In this document: positions 11,584-24,957 of the stretch, one piece after another | Numbering within the stretch: position 1 is the stretch's first letter | Layout of the letters: every line of letters starts with the position of its first letter | NCBI GenBank assembly: GCA_965655095.1 | Contig: OZ296659.1 | Coordinates: 33,914,001 to 33,978,000 of the forward strand | DNA: 64,000 bases | Direction of reading: 5' to 3' | From: Haplodiscus bocki | Lineage: Eukaryota | Notes under the pieces: model-generated | What the model was told of the DNA's origin: nothing | The model's database searches: none | What the model saw: the letters and a program-made list of their open reading frames with translations, nothing else | Made by a program: the position numbers and the translations under genes

Positions 11584-12126
11584 TGTAATAAGCTGATTTG
11601 AGGGAAAAAAAGAAACATTGACGTCAGCGAATAAGCTGTCCGTTGTCAAATTGAACTTCAAAATTGTGCATCAGCGAAGATGGTTCTATGCTCCAGAAAA
11701 CAATTAAAGCATGGTTAATAAAATGGAACTATTCTGAGACAAGAAGAAACCTTATCGCCTAAACTACTGAAATTAACTCGAATTTCTAATTATCAATAAT
11801 TCAAAAATGTAATCGTCGAGAACGAGTGAATAACTTAACAGAATGCCGTAAATGCATCTCTCAGTAAAAGTCCTAGATTGAAAGTTTTCTATTTATATGT
11901 GTTATTCGATTCATTGATAAACCGAAATCTATTGATGCTAAATTGACCGGGAACGGGTATATAAACCACTAGTTTCTCAAAATTGATTATGAAAAAATTT
12001 GTCATAAATTATGAGCTGATTAAGCGAAATCTTTGACAAAAATCATAAAATCTAAAAAAAATAAATGATTGATCTTCACTGTAAATCTTTTTTTTTCTGC
12101 TAAATCTGAAACAAAAAAAGCCTACG
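11584..12126 (+). repeat. 3' LTR of element A
   Basis: TGTAATA...CCTACG (terminal CA mutated to CG), followed by TSD CTTT. Confidence 0.95.
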
Positions 12127-13239
12127 CTTTTTATCAGAACAAATTGTCCATTTTTGTTTTCTACCATCGACTGAATCTTGTTACGGTTATTTTATAAGAG
12201 GAAAACATAAAGAAATCTCAGAAATAGCCAAGAGCTCTCGTACGAAGTTTCGTGGTAGTGAAACAAAATTTGGTGGGGAGAAATTTGTGATACCCACCTT
12301 TGATGTAAAAAAAATGTTCCATTCCAGACACTGTAAGATATGTTATATAACCCTAAGAAATGTTTTGGTACTGCGACACAAAAAAATGAGACGAAATTTT
12401 GAGACACCTTCTATAGTTTACACGAATTTTTTCAACCAACAGATGAGCAGCGATGACTTTGAACTGTTGTCGGGTTCTTGTTATCTTTTACCAACCCATC
12501 AACATAAGAGACTCATAGTTTCTCTATCAATCCGTGGCAGTAGCTCTTTGTAATTTGAACTGTTGATCAATTTTGACCTGGCAAGAAGATCGAAACAGTC
12601 TGGCTTTTTCTCGAAATTTGCGAACACATCAGGCTCAATATGAATTTCGGCCTGTTTTCTTAGAACAGCGTTCTTGTTTTACATCTTGAAAACTTTCCTC
12701 AAAAAGCTTGGCTGAGTGAATTCAAATTCGCATCCATTATTTCACTGCAAAGGAAAACTTTGCTGTATGACAGGAGGAAACTGATTCCATGACACGAAGC
12801 AAGTGCTTAACGGACTACAATAGCGCTCTGTTCGCAGGGACATTACGAAAGAAGTTAAAAATTCGGCGTTTCCGTTCACTGTCTCGACAGTCTCGGCATC
12901 ATGATGTTAACAAACGGTTGCAGGAGTGATGGACCGAAAGAGCGGCAACTATCACTTCAGAAGCACTGAAGCGGGCTCCAGATGTTCACCACTATGTGAT
13001 TGGAGCCCACTAAGTTCCTAATTGACCACTTGACTCGAACCGAGCGGTCAATGAAACAAATGATGCTTACTGGTGAGGTCGCTTCAGCAAAAAAGATTGA
13101 CTGCAGTTCTCCAGAATTTCGATAACAAGCAGAGAAGATATTGCTCCAGTAAATATTGACTTTAAATTTTAACCCAGAAGGTTCTCTGCGTCTGGGTTCT
13201 CTAAAAACGAGAAGTTTTTAGACCCGATTAAGACTTGGT

Positions 13240-14708
13240 GTCATGGCCCATTACATTTTCTCTCTGAACTCCCGTCGCCATGTCGTGGCGATCTTCTCAG
13301 CCCGCTTCAGGATGAGGGTCACTCTGAGAGTCGTCCTCATTCGTTCCCTGGTTTATACTAAACACGTTCCGGGACATCTCCGGAGTGGTTCCGGAGTGGC
13401 CCTGGAGTAGTGGGTTCATGAGAAAGTCATCAAGCCGTGCTAGTGCACCTAGTATGCGATTTTCCGTTCTGCTGAATTCTTGCGACAACTTTTTAGTGAC
13501 CCTTTCCTCAATTTCCTCGGAAACTTGAGTTATGTAGTCCTCCTGTGATCTGGAAACATTTGAGTTTTGCGCCAAATTACTCCTGGGATGTTCTTCACAG
13601 TTTTTTTTGTTTAAGGCTGCTAGTTTCCTTTTGTTTCGCGTTGCCATTTCTACGGGAAAAGTGTTTTCAGTGATTAATAATTGATTGTCTTTTTATTGGA
13701 GAGTCAAATTGGAGGTTTACAGTTCCAGTATTGGGAAAATAATAAAAATGAAGTAAAAATGAAGATTGGTTAAATATCGTCAGTACTATCAATCAATAAT
13801 ATTTGTACACTAATTCTGAAAGAGGTTCAGCAAAGTTCTCCAAAGTTCTGAAATTGTACTTTTATTTCTCCTATTTATACCTTTACCCGGCGGGAAACAT
13901 AATTGTTTACACGCCAAGTCAAGGTACAAATAGGGAAAAGTACTGTCTAAAAGTATAACATCAAAGATAAAAATGGCGACTCTGGTGGGAAATAAACAAC
14001 CTTTCCATCCTTCTCTTCCCTCATAGGACGCGCCTTTTCTAACTTTGGACAGAAAAAGGACGGACCTAATTCGTCAGAGATGGACATCAAATTGTTTTTT
14101 CTCGCGCGGACGTTTTTGTTTACAGTTCTAAAAAATAAATTCCTTAAATGGGAAAGAGAAAAATAATTCCTTAGTTGGGAAAAATGAAATAAAATAAAAT
14201 TTATAGAAAACATGACTTTAAATAATATAGCAAATATAAATAATCATCACCCACATGTTCACTTCATCAAAAAAAATAGCTCATTAGTTCTTACTCTTTG
14301 GAAATGAGGAGCAACTAGTAGCACTACTAGTTTACTCCTTATTCGTACGAGTAGCACTAGTGGTTTCCGGAATGGTTCCGTATTCACTAGTAGTGGTAGT
14401 ATTCTTTGCTCAAATGAGGAGTGATTCCGGAATCATTCCGTATTCACCACAGCACAGCATAGTAATAGTATTAGTGACGTAACCAGACTGGTAGCGACGG
14501 AACACGTACGGAACAAATATTCACTCCGAGAGTCAATACACTTGAAATCAGTTGTTGTGCTTATAGCATCAATTTATTCGTATTATCTAATTAAGCTGAA
14601 CTTCTTGCAATCAATCAAACCATCAGATTGCATTGAAAAAAGGTGGATTTATGTTTAATACCTAAAGAAATAAACTAATATAAAAAAGCGCCTATTCTAT
14701 TAATAACA
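13240..14708 (-). mobile_element. 5' fragment of Gypsy family C (LTR/leader plus gag N-terminus)
   Basis: Homologous to about 60744-62250 in inverse orientation: gtgaatatttgttccgtacgtgttccgtcg and gtacttttccctatttgtaccttgacttggcgtgtaaacaattatg are shared. Boundaries approximate. Confidence 0.8.
13297..13647 (-). pseudogene. gag: gag N-terminal fragment, family C
   Basis: MATRNKRKLAA...YITQVSEEIEERVTKKLSQEFSRTENRILGALARLDDFLMNP matches the start of gag at 61780; truncated near 13240. Confidence 0.85.
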
Positions 14709-15459
14709 CTCTGTAAAAACCATTGTTCAGAGTGAAAACCATAAATAGAGACAATTTGCCTCTACAATGAGCAAAAAACTTTCTGAGGTTGATAAATGCC
14801 CACCAAATCTCTAATTACTAATAAAAAACTTACCTTCGTAAACAAAATTTTATGAAAAAGTTTATGATTATCCATTGTGTTTTTTTTCCATTTTCATGAG
14901 GTTTTACTGAAAAGTCATGATTCACAAAAATCTGTGTCGGAACATAAATGCCACAGTAAACACACTTTAATCATTTTTCTGTTTTTTAAAGTATATAAAA
15001 CGACTTCTAGAGAAGACACGGTCCTTCATATTCTCTGTAATTTTTTCATAAACTTCGCAACAAAAACTGCTGATTCCATAAAAATTATTTGTCGAAAAAG
15101 CACTGTTAGTTTTGCTAATTTTACTAGTATAAACTAACTTTAATACTTTTTCAATAGGACACCCGGCTACCAATTTGATATTTTGCGCCTTCCAGTTTTT
15201 TTTTAAAAAAAAGTGAATTTCCGAGGGAAAAAGCGATTTTTTAGAGAAACTTCATCAAATTTTCGAATTTTTTTTGAAATTCGATTTTTTTTCGGTACTT
15301 TCTTAAAATCCTAATAAACTTAGAAAAATTACATCTTGAAAGATTTTTTACAGCAAATTTGACACCGATACAATTTTTCAAAAAAAGCAAGTATTTAATT
15401 GCGCACGTGTTTGAGAATTTTTTCTGTGTCAATTGTGTTCTATGGCGCATTGCATTTTT

Positions 15460-18245
15460 TAAGTTGTTTTCGGACATGGGGCGAAAAACTTTCGGCTTTT
15501 GTCAGAATCTTTCCAGCGGGGTTGTCTGCATTCTAAGTGTCCGAAGATACATTTTGAGAAAACTTTATCTTGAAAAGTGTCCAAGTTTGTACCACTTTTA
15601 GATTTTGAACCAAAACTTTTCGTCAAAATTTTTCGCCGGAGTTGTCAAAACTTCATTCTTCGTGTCCATATGAACGATTTGAAGAATTCTTTTGTAGAAA
15701 AAAACTTTTTTTACCATTTATTGACCTTGAGCAAAACAATTTTGGCCTTCTAGCAAAAGTTTTCTTTGGCAGGGTTGTCAACACTGCAATTTACGTGTCC
15801 ATAGGGACATATTTGTTTGAGCAAAAAGCGTTTTTTAAAAAGCTATATTTTTAAAAACTTGCCGACATTGATTGAAACATTTGTGGCTTTTTGTCAAGGG
15901 TTTTTCCACAAGGTCGTCAAAACTGCTTTTTACGTGTCCATTGAAACGTTTTTTTTAAGAAAAACGTTTTTTTCTCAAGGAAATATAATCTTCCTTATTA
16001 TTTTCGGACTTGGAGCAAAAAAATTGGCCGCTGCCAAAATTTTTGTCGGCATGGTTGTCAAAACTTCATTCTAGATTTCCATGGGAACAATTTGGAGGAA
16101 AAAATGTTTTCTGAATAGATTCTTTTACTTTCATCAGTTTTGGCCATTGAGCAAAAGAAAATCGGCCTTCTGTCAAAAAGTTCTTCGGCCAGGTTGACAA
16201 AACAAAATTCTAAGTGTCCGAAGGTACCTTTTGAGGAAAAACAGTTTTTTTTCAAAAAATTTATACTTTTTATTCATTTTCGGACATTGAACAAAATAAT
16301 TCCAGCTTTCTCACAAAAATTTTTGCCAAAGTTGTCAAACTGCATTCTATGTGTCCATAGGAACAGTTTAAGAGAATCTTTTTTAACAAAATCATCTTTT
16401 TGATATCATTTTTAGTATTGAGCGAAAAATTTCCGTCTTTTGGCTAGAAAATTTTGGCAGGGTTGTGAAAACTGCATTCTGCGTGTCCATGGGAACACTT
16501 TTTGCAAACTTTTTTGTTTGGGAAAATCAATTTTTAAACACTTCTGGATTTTTAACTGAAAGTTTTTGGCTTCCTGTGGGAATTTTTTTGGGCGGGATTG
16601 TCAAAACTACTTTCTACGTGTCCAGAAGTACACTTTGAGAAAATTTCATCTTGAAATAAAATCAAGGTTTTTTCTCAATTTTAGATTTAGAGCCGAAAAT
16701 TTTTGGTCTTCCGTCCAAATTTTTTCGCCGTGCTTGTCAAAACTTCATTCTACGTGTCCAGATGACCATTTTGAAGAAAAGAAGTTTTTTGGAGAAAAAA
16801 CTTTTTCCATCATTTTCCGAACTTGAGCGCAATAATTTCGCATTTCTTGCAAAAAATTTCTCTGGCAGGAATGTCAAAACTCTTGTTTACGTGTACAAAG
16901 GAACATTTTTAAGGAAATAGCGTTTTTTGAAAAAATTTTTTCATAAAAGTTTGCGGACATTGATTGAAACATTTGTGGTCTTTTGTCAAGGGTTTTTCTA
17001 CAGGGTCGTCAAAACTTCCTTCTACGTGTCCATTGAAACGTTTTCAGGAAAAACAATTTTTTCCAAAAAAAAATCTTCCTCATCATTTCCGGACTTGGAA
17101 CAAAAAAGTTGGCCTTTGCCAAAGTTTTCATCAGCATGGTTGCCAAAACTGCATTCTACGTGTCCATGAGAAAGATTTGAGGGAAATTTGGTTTTCTGAA
17201 GAGATTTTTTCACTCCCATCAGTTTTGGCTATTGAGCGAAAAAGTTTGGGCTTTCTGGCAGAAACTTTTCCGGCAAGGTTGCCAAGACAGCATTCTGAGT
17301 GTCCAAAGGAAACTTTGACCTTTTGAAGGAAAACTGTTTTTTCTCAAAAATTTCTACTTTTTCAATCATTTGCGGACTTTCAACAAGAAAATTCCAGCTT
17401 TTTGACAAAATTTCTTGACAAGTTTGTCAATCTGCAATACATGTGTCCAAAGAAACTTTTTGAAGAAAAACAATTTTTATCAAAATAACGTGTTTTCAAA
17501 ACTTTTTCGGACAATGACCGAAAATTTTTCGGCCTTTTTTCAAAACTATTTTGTCAGGAATGTCAAACCTGCAGTCTTGGAGTCCATGGGAACATTTTCG
17601 GGGAAAAAATTTTCCGACAAAAACTATCTTTTTGATATCATTTTCTGACATTGAGCGAACATATTTCTGTCTTGTCAGAAAAAATTGACAAATTTGTCAA
17701 AACTGCATTCTTCGTGTTCATGGGAACAGTTTGTGCAAACGTGTTTTTTGAGAAAAAAAAAATCCATATTTTCATCATTTTTAGATTTTGAGCTGAGATT
17801 TTTTGGCCTCTTATCGGAATTCTTTTGGCGGGGTTGTCAAAACTACATTCTACGTGTTCAGCGGAACCTTTTGACCAAAGTTTTTATTTCCGAAAAGAAA
17901 AAACTTTTCCTATCATTTTCCGGCAATGAGCGAGACAATTTTCGCCTTCTGGGAAAAAAATTTGACCTATTTGTCAAGACCGCAGTTTACGTGTCCATAG
18001 TGATAATTTTGAGGAAAAAATATTTTTTGAACTCATATTTTTCGGAACTGTTTTCTGTCTTTGTTTGAAACAATTTGGGTCTTTTGTCCAATACTTTTCT
18101 TCGGGGTTCTCAAAACTACGTTCCACATGTCTAGACTCACTATTTGAGGAAAAACTCCTCGATGGAAAAAATTTTTGTTTTCAAAAATCATTTTCTGTCC
18201 CGTAGCAAAAATTATTTCAGCCTTTCGTGGAAAAAACTGGGGCAG
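15460..18245. repeat. Degenerate tandem satellite, ~135 bp monomer, ~21 copies
   Basis: Core gttgtcaaaactgcattctacgtgtcca recurs at about 15521, 15642, 15773, 15912, 16053, 16192, 16330, 16461, 16597, 16733, 16871, 17004 and on to 18105. Confidence 0.9.
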
Positions 18246-18490
18246 TGTTATCGGAACATACTTAATTAGAAAAGAAGTTCCTGAAATATCATTGGACAAA
18301 ATGTAACTCTGTTAATATACCTTTTAATGTGACTTTTTTTGAGAGTAATGATCCCGATATCTATCTATAGTTGCAGTTTTAATCAGAAAGAGATTGTTTG
18401 TTTTCTAAAGAAAGCTACTAAGAAACCTTAGATATCGTTAGCGTACGCAATTCAAGGAATAACATCAGAGAAGTAAACTCGAGAGGTAAA
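18246..18490 (+). repeat. Partial LTR homologue, inverted relative to the element B LTR
   Basis: acatacttaattagaaaagaagttcctgaaatatcattggacaaa...tatcgttagcgt...tcaaggaataacatca aligns (about 70% by eye) to the reverse complement of about 31340-31569. Confidence 0.85.
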
Positions 18491-18519
18491 CTTTAAAAAA
18501 TTCCAATTTTTTAATTACG

Positions 18520-21500
18520 AGTTGAAATGGAGGTATGAGTTGTATCAACTGGTTGGGATTCTAGTTCTTCCATCAGATCACTTTTCAGGGATGAAATACT
18601 GCAGTGTGAATAAATTTTTTTGCAGAGTAGGAGGTTGAAAAATTCACATAGGTCAAATTATAGTCACAGTTTTTCCAACAAACTATTTCATAACAGAAGA
18701 CAAATTGAGAGTCCGTAATACAGAGTTTAAAAGAAAAACTTGTTTCAAAGATGAAGAGAGAAGGAATGAAAGATTTCAGAATCTGAGAGAAATGAAAAAT
18801 GCAGAGTTTTTGAATTATCTTTATTAAATACTATCAGTTTACTTGATCAGTTTTTATGTGATAGCTTGGAGTATTGTAAAATTTGTCGTATTTTATGATA
18901 GTTTGCAGCATTGTTGATTTGATCAATTCTTTATGATTTTTGTGATGAATGTAGATAATATAAAGGTAGGGAGGTTCTAGATGAAAACTAGTTTTATTAA
19001 ATGTTTGGAGGTTTGCATCAGAGAGTTGGGTCAAAAAAGATGATGTTATATAGTTATTATCGAGAGAGGAGTTTGCAGTTGAAAGTTTTGTGTTATGCGA
19101 GCAATTTGAGGGAGAGTAACAATATTCTCAGTTCAGTTTTTCTATATTGATTTTTTTCGATTAATCTTGAGGTTGATGGTTCATTCATTTCACAAAATTG
19201 GGGTATGAATTCTGGATTTTTTCACAGATATCCCTTTGAATATTCCAGGTACTACACTTGGAAGAAAATTCAAGAGGGCCATAAAGTTGTTGAAAATTTT
19301 TACGTTGACGTTTGTCTCAATCAGCATCAAGGTAAATCAGTGACCAATTTTAATGTTGAGTGAAAAAAGTATCCATGAGCTACAGAAATTAGTATCGTTA
19401 TGTTTTCATGAAGTCTATACTTAATTGGTATAGAATTATGAAATTTCAGAAGAAATGTTAGAAATTATTGCAGAAATAGAAAAGTGGGACAATGTGTTCT
19501 ATATTGAGTGAGAAGAAAATATGGTAAGCCAAAAATTGCAACAAAAGCATCAGCAAACCAATCAAGAGTAAACAGAGGAGAAATTTTCAAGAAATGATCT
19601 TATAGACAGACACTTGAGACATTTTAAAAGTTAAAGCGGTTTCTATTAGGAGCTGAATATTAGAAAGCAGTTAAATGTTTTTCAAAGGTAGCTAAAACGT
19701 CAAATGAGATGGCCTTTCCCAAAATCTTCTGTGTGGTATCTGAGGATTTCATGAAAAAAAAACATAATTCCAGAAATTATTTAATTCAGCATTGGAATAA
19801 TATCCAGCTTCTACTGCAGTGAAATCATTTGGGCTTACTGCAGATGGAACTTGTTTTGGTTCAAAGAGCATTGAGGTAGCTCGTAATACAGGTTTATGTG
19901 TCAGTATATAGTGTTCATTGTTATCAAGGTCTAATGCTAAGAGGTTCTGTGGATTGCTATCACAGGACAAAGAAGTAGCATAAGTAAAAAACTGTTTTGT
20001 TATTGGATCAATGTACATTACAGATGCTGATAGTATATTGGTATACGATCCAAACACTTAACAGAATCTCACAGAGGTGAAAGAATAAGAAGACAGTCAC
20101 ATAACGGAGCAGTGAAACTTTCTACATAAAGCAAGTTACTCCGGTTTCCCACAAAAAAGGTAACCAGCATTCTGCGGATTTTGAACAGACATTGCTAAAA
20201 TATTTAGCAATTCTGTCCGTTCTAGTTAACAGATATGACGTATTGTATTGCGTTCTTGAATAGTCGAAATTTTAATTGCATATTCGATGGAATATTCTAA
20301 CTTGATATTTATTTGAGCATCCTAATTTACAGTACTGAAACCTTTTGAATCAATCAGTGGAGGAGAAAAATTTATTTCTTCTAGAGTCATAGACTAATGG
20401 TCAAGACATTAGCTGTTGACTAAATGATGAGCATTCATAAACAACAATTCAATGTTTGTTTCCAGTGTTCATAATAAAACCTTCATGGTAAGTGACACAC
20501 AACATCAGGATACTGATTTGTATGCATTTGCGTTGGTTTTTCACATAAGATATTTTTTGTGAGAAAATTTCTAGTTTTGATAAAGTTGTAGTAATAGTTC
20601 GCAGTGGTGAAGTAGTATAAGGAAGTACGGTTGGTAAATTACCTTTGTAAAGTTTTTCAGGTTTTTTTCCAGTTTCCTCCAAAAAAAAAACAACTTTTTC
20701 CAACCAAAAACTGTTTCTCAGTTTCGACATTTGTCTAATAAAGTCAAGGATATGAAACATTAAACATATTTCTGCAAGAAACCAGACAATAGTATAGGGA
20801 TGTTTCAGTGTTGGTTTACAAGAACCATCAGATTGCAGACTACGAAAGGTATGACCTGCAGGTAATAGTTTATCTGATTTATCATCATAGTCCAGAGAAT
20901 ATTCTCCAATTCTTCATGAACAAATATCTTCATCAAAAAGATAATCTTTAGAAACTTCACATCTTGACTTTGAATTTTCAGTACTAGTAATCTAATCATA
21001 AATATTTGGTTGATAGGTGAAAACACCAGTATGTACACTATTCAATTTAGTTACAGTGAACGGCATTAGTGTCTATACAATTTTAACCTGAAAATTCAGT
21101 CTACCAAAATTAGTGAAAGAGTCATTATGAGAATATTGGTTTAATATGGCGCTATCCCTACCGTTAAGGTTTCGGAAAATGTTTTTGCACTCCCTAGCGT
21201 CCGGTCCTTTTGGTATAGGTAAAGATTTAGCATGCCAATCCAAATGATGAAGTCTATATTATTCGTTGAGGGCACCTCGACCACGAAACACACGAGTTTT
21301 TTGAATAGTTGCAGAGCAGCGGAAGGCTTTAATTCTTTTCGTTATAGCATGAATAAAAACAGAGGCAAAGGTTCAGGGGTATTCAATTTCAGAGGCAACT
21401 TGTGTACATGTCTGTACCAGAGTCAAGCTATAGTGTCTTCAAAAAGGTTGTTTCGGACAATCATAATGAGTAGCTAGGAGTTGAAGTAAGTTTTCAGAGG

Positions 21501-21558
21501 TGATTGTAGTAGCAGTTTGCAGCAAAGAGAAAAATAATATTACATAAAATAAAATCAT
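18520..21558 (-). pseudogene. env: env-like glycoprotein of element B (same family as element A env)
   Basis: Signal peptide MILFYVILFFSLLQTATT, then HYDCPK..YSLTLVQTC; LAMSVQNPQNAGYL..GNRS; MYIDPITKQFF..SCDSNPQN; TM about 19300-19550. The 3' end is uncertain. Confidence 0.8.
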
Positions 21559-23699
21559 AGGTCTCAGAAAATAGTTTAGTATTTTGAACCGGAGATAGGG
21601 CTGTAAAATGTTATACATCCCCCTTGATGATCAAATGGAGGTTCGTCAGAGGAAGTAGTTTGAAAACGAATCGCAGAATAAAAAAAGGAAAAGTTCGGTG
21701 TTTGATTTGAGTTAAGGCTGGAATTGGATGAGGATTCAATCCATTGAAATTTACAGTTTCTTCAAACTTTAGTTCAGTTGAAGTGTGAATTACTCCAGTC
21801 ATTTCTCGAATACGAGTAACAGTGGAATATTGCAGACTATTGATTTTTCTGTTTACAGGATGAATGTGATATCTCAGATCTTGTCTGGGCTGATTAAGTA
21901 TTTGATTATCAATTCTCAGTATAAATTGTTATGGATCAGGCGTTGAAGGCCTAGAATTTTACTATAGTGTATGATTTGGAAGATCAGCAGTACTAATAGA
22001 ACTCAAAGAACCGATTGATTCTTGGTTTCCTTTTGGAGGAGTAGATCTAGGGTATGAGTCAACAGTAAGTGAAGTTTGAATACCAGAAGAAGCCCTTAGA
22101 CACATTGGAACACCACAAAGGAGAGGAAGGAAGATTTTCAGAGGTAGATGAACTAGGTTGTTCGTGTTAACGCAATATTGGAGAGATCGAATTTGATGCT
22201 GATCTTTTACGAGAGGAAGACAATGTTTGAATTGGTGTTGATCTCAAGTAGCAGGAAAGAGCAGCTACAGTTTGAGAAGAGGATATTGATGCATTTTTTG
22301 ACGAAGTTCTATATTCACAATTCGGAAAATCCTCGAAAGAATATGTGCAGTAAAAACTCGAAGACAGTTTTGGATATAACAGGGAAATTGTTTCACAGCT
22401 GCTATCAGAAGCAGTTTTTAAATAAGGTAGATTTACAGATGTAGATGGTTCGTCATTTGTTTGTGCAGAGCAGAAGTGGTTGGTTTATTACAGAAGGTAG
22501 CGTCAAACGACCTTCGATGTTTGAAAGATCTTGATATTCTAGCAACAGTTTTAATAGGGAGCGGAAGTGGTGATGGAATTGGAGGAAGATTTCTATCAAA
22601 CGGATCTGAGGTGTGAATAGGTCTAGCGGTAAAAGCCGGAGTGACAGATGGAGCTACCGGTAATGGTGATAGAGGAGGTTTTGAACAGTTACAGAAGGAC
22701 TTTGAGTTTTCAGAGGAGTTATTAGATTTTTCACAATCGTTTGCAGTTGTTACAGTAGATCTAGTATCTATATCTTTCGAGTTTATTTCAGGAACTGCTG
22801 AAGCAAGCGGTAAGTTATTTTTAATAGATCAATCCGGAGATGAATCCAGGATTACGTCAGTATCAGAAAAGAAGTTATTAGTTACAAGATTTATTGAACA
22901 GATACAATATACAATAACCTCCGGAGAGTTTGAGTTGCGAAAAATTTCAATATCGTTTCAGTTTTTTTACACTACAATGGTAATTGTTTCGAGGTTATCA
23001 GTTTCAGTTTTGAAACAATTTTTTTCAGAACGTTTAAACTTTTCCAAAATAATTAGCAGAGTCTCAAGAGCAAAAAACAAGAGAATTAATCTATCATGAA
23101 CAAGAAAAAAATTACCTTGAATAATTTCGTAGGCTTTCATTTACCAAATATATTCAACTCGATTCACTCTCGATAAGGAACTTTTTTCATTTTAACTTAC
23201 GTAAAAATGATTATTTATCCAGAGAGGAAGGTAATGGTATACAAAGACAACTATTATTTTCACGGTAGTGGTCGTTGATCAGATTTGGTTCGACTATTTT
23301 TATTGAAAGTTTATGATTGGTTGAAAAGCAGGGAGGACTTTGATTACTTTGCGAATGACGTACGAGAATCATATGCAGTATCGGTGTCGGGAAGATCAAA
23401 AAAATCAGGATTATTGCTCAAAGATTAAAATTTTGACGGTGTTGGTTTTTATCAAAATATTTCAGAATCAGATTTTGATGGAGAGTGATAAAAAATGAAG
23501 GATTATCATATAATTTTTAAGATTTGGATAAAAGAATATCAAACATAAATTATTGATCATCATCAGCATTACAGAATGGGTCATCAGCAAAAACTTTATC
23601 ATCAAATTGAGACTTGTTGTATGAAATATAAAATTCATTTTGAATATTGTCTGTTGCATCAGAATCGTGAGTAAGTTCAGAATTTGGTTCATTGTAGAA

Positions 23700-24880
23700 T
23701 TGAATATGAGGAAAGAGCAAAGATTCTTTAGGACAATATGGAATCAAATGGTCTCAATGTGTGTGGTATGTTTTTCCTCCTTGTGTCCATAGTTCCTACG
23801 TGACTTCCATAGGCTTGTTAACCATTTTGAAACAACCAATTCGAAGTGGTTTCAGTTCATCTGAAATCACAAAAGCTTTAGAATTTCGATGCGAGACAAA
23901 TGAGTTCACCGGCGATGGTGTATCAAGGTTGGTTGAAGTTCGCATTGTATATGCAGATTATTTTTGATTGCGTAATGATATACTTTTGAATAATTTGCAG
24001 CATTGCTGTTTCAATAGCGAGAAACGAAGCTGAAATTAGTTTCGACATGATGCTATGAAACACTGGTTTTAAATCAGTTGATTGGTAATGAGAATGAGGA
24101 GCAACTTCTTAACAGCATTGTGCAGTATATTGGCGAAAAGAATTTCAGTAAAAATTCAATTCAAAGTTCAGTGAAATGCGACGTTGTTTTTGAAAAACTG
24201 TTTCAAATGGCGAAAGATGCAGATAAGATAATGGTTGAGTTTTGTGAGCGTAAGAAAAGAAATGTACTTGAATGGACCAGCTTTAAGGATTATCCTGTAG
24301 AAATAATTTCAGATGGCTTTCAACATTTTCATTTTATACTTCAACAAGTCCATTTTTCCAAGGAGCATATGAAGTTGTTGGAGAATGACGAAGATTGTAT
24401 AAAGTACAACATTTTCCCACTTCAGGATTAGGATATTCTGTTCCTCTATTTGTAATCAGATAATGAAGAGGACCAACTTTGTAAACCCAGTGGTGAACTA
24501 AGGAAGTTACAACTTAACAGGCATTTCTTTGGTGTTGGTACAGTTACAATGTATTTGCTAAAAAGATCAACAAATATTATGTATGTGTAACAGCTTCTTT
24601 CAAGTGCAGGGTTTAGTGGATTTTTGGTATCGTTTGAGATACAATGGATCAAAAAGATTGACAGGTTTGAAAATATTAGGATTGCAGCTTCATTTCGTTT
24701 TATTTTTTCCTGTTTATGCTTTTGGCAACCAATGCAGTCATGAATGGAAATTGACAGCCACTTTGAATAAATGGAATATGATAGGGTTGATTAAATTTAT
24801 ACTATGCAATATGCAGACCAGCATGATGGTGTCCATGAACTTTATGGAATACAGAATGAAACAATATCAGTGAAAATCAT
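23700..24880 (-). pseudogene. pol: Integrase of element B
   Basis: HGHHHAG...HDCIGCQ (HHCC); IIFVDLFSKYIVTVP; YAPWKNGLVE; LKPLRIG...HLIPYCPKE. Confidence 0.88.
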
Positions 24881-24957
24881 CGGCGAGAGTTTTGAGAAAA
24901 ACTGTTATCATCAGTGTTTTGTGGAAAATTATCATTATTTTCTGAGGTCGAGTACAT

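Larger units (their letters stand above)
2057..12126 (+). mobile_element. Ty3/Gypsy-like env-bearing LTR retroelement (element A), defective
   Basis: Direct LTRs at 2057-2593 and 11584-12126. 4-bp TSD CTTT at 2053-2056 and 12127-12130. PPT aaggggg just before the 3' LTR. Internal gag, protease, integrase and env remnants. Confidence 0.95.

Noticed and set aside
12966-13310. 12-bp inverted match ctgaagcgggct
   Set aside because: Too short, and one arm is gag coding sequence; likely chance.
15460-18245. CRISPR-like look (conserved ~28 bp core with variable intervals) and many short Phe/Lys-rich ORFs
   Set aside because: The intervals are homologous to each other, about 105 bp long and degenerate; there are no cas genes and the context is eukaryotic. 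The ORFs are satellite artefacts.
22641-23099. 152-aa plus-strand ORF
   Set aside because: Antisense shadow of a low-complexity region of element B; no motif.
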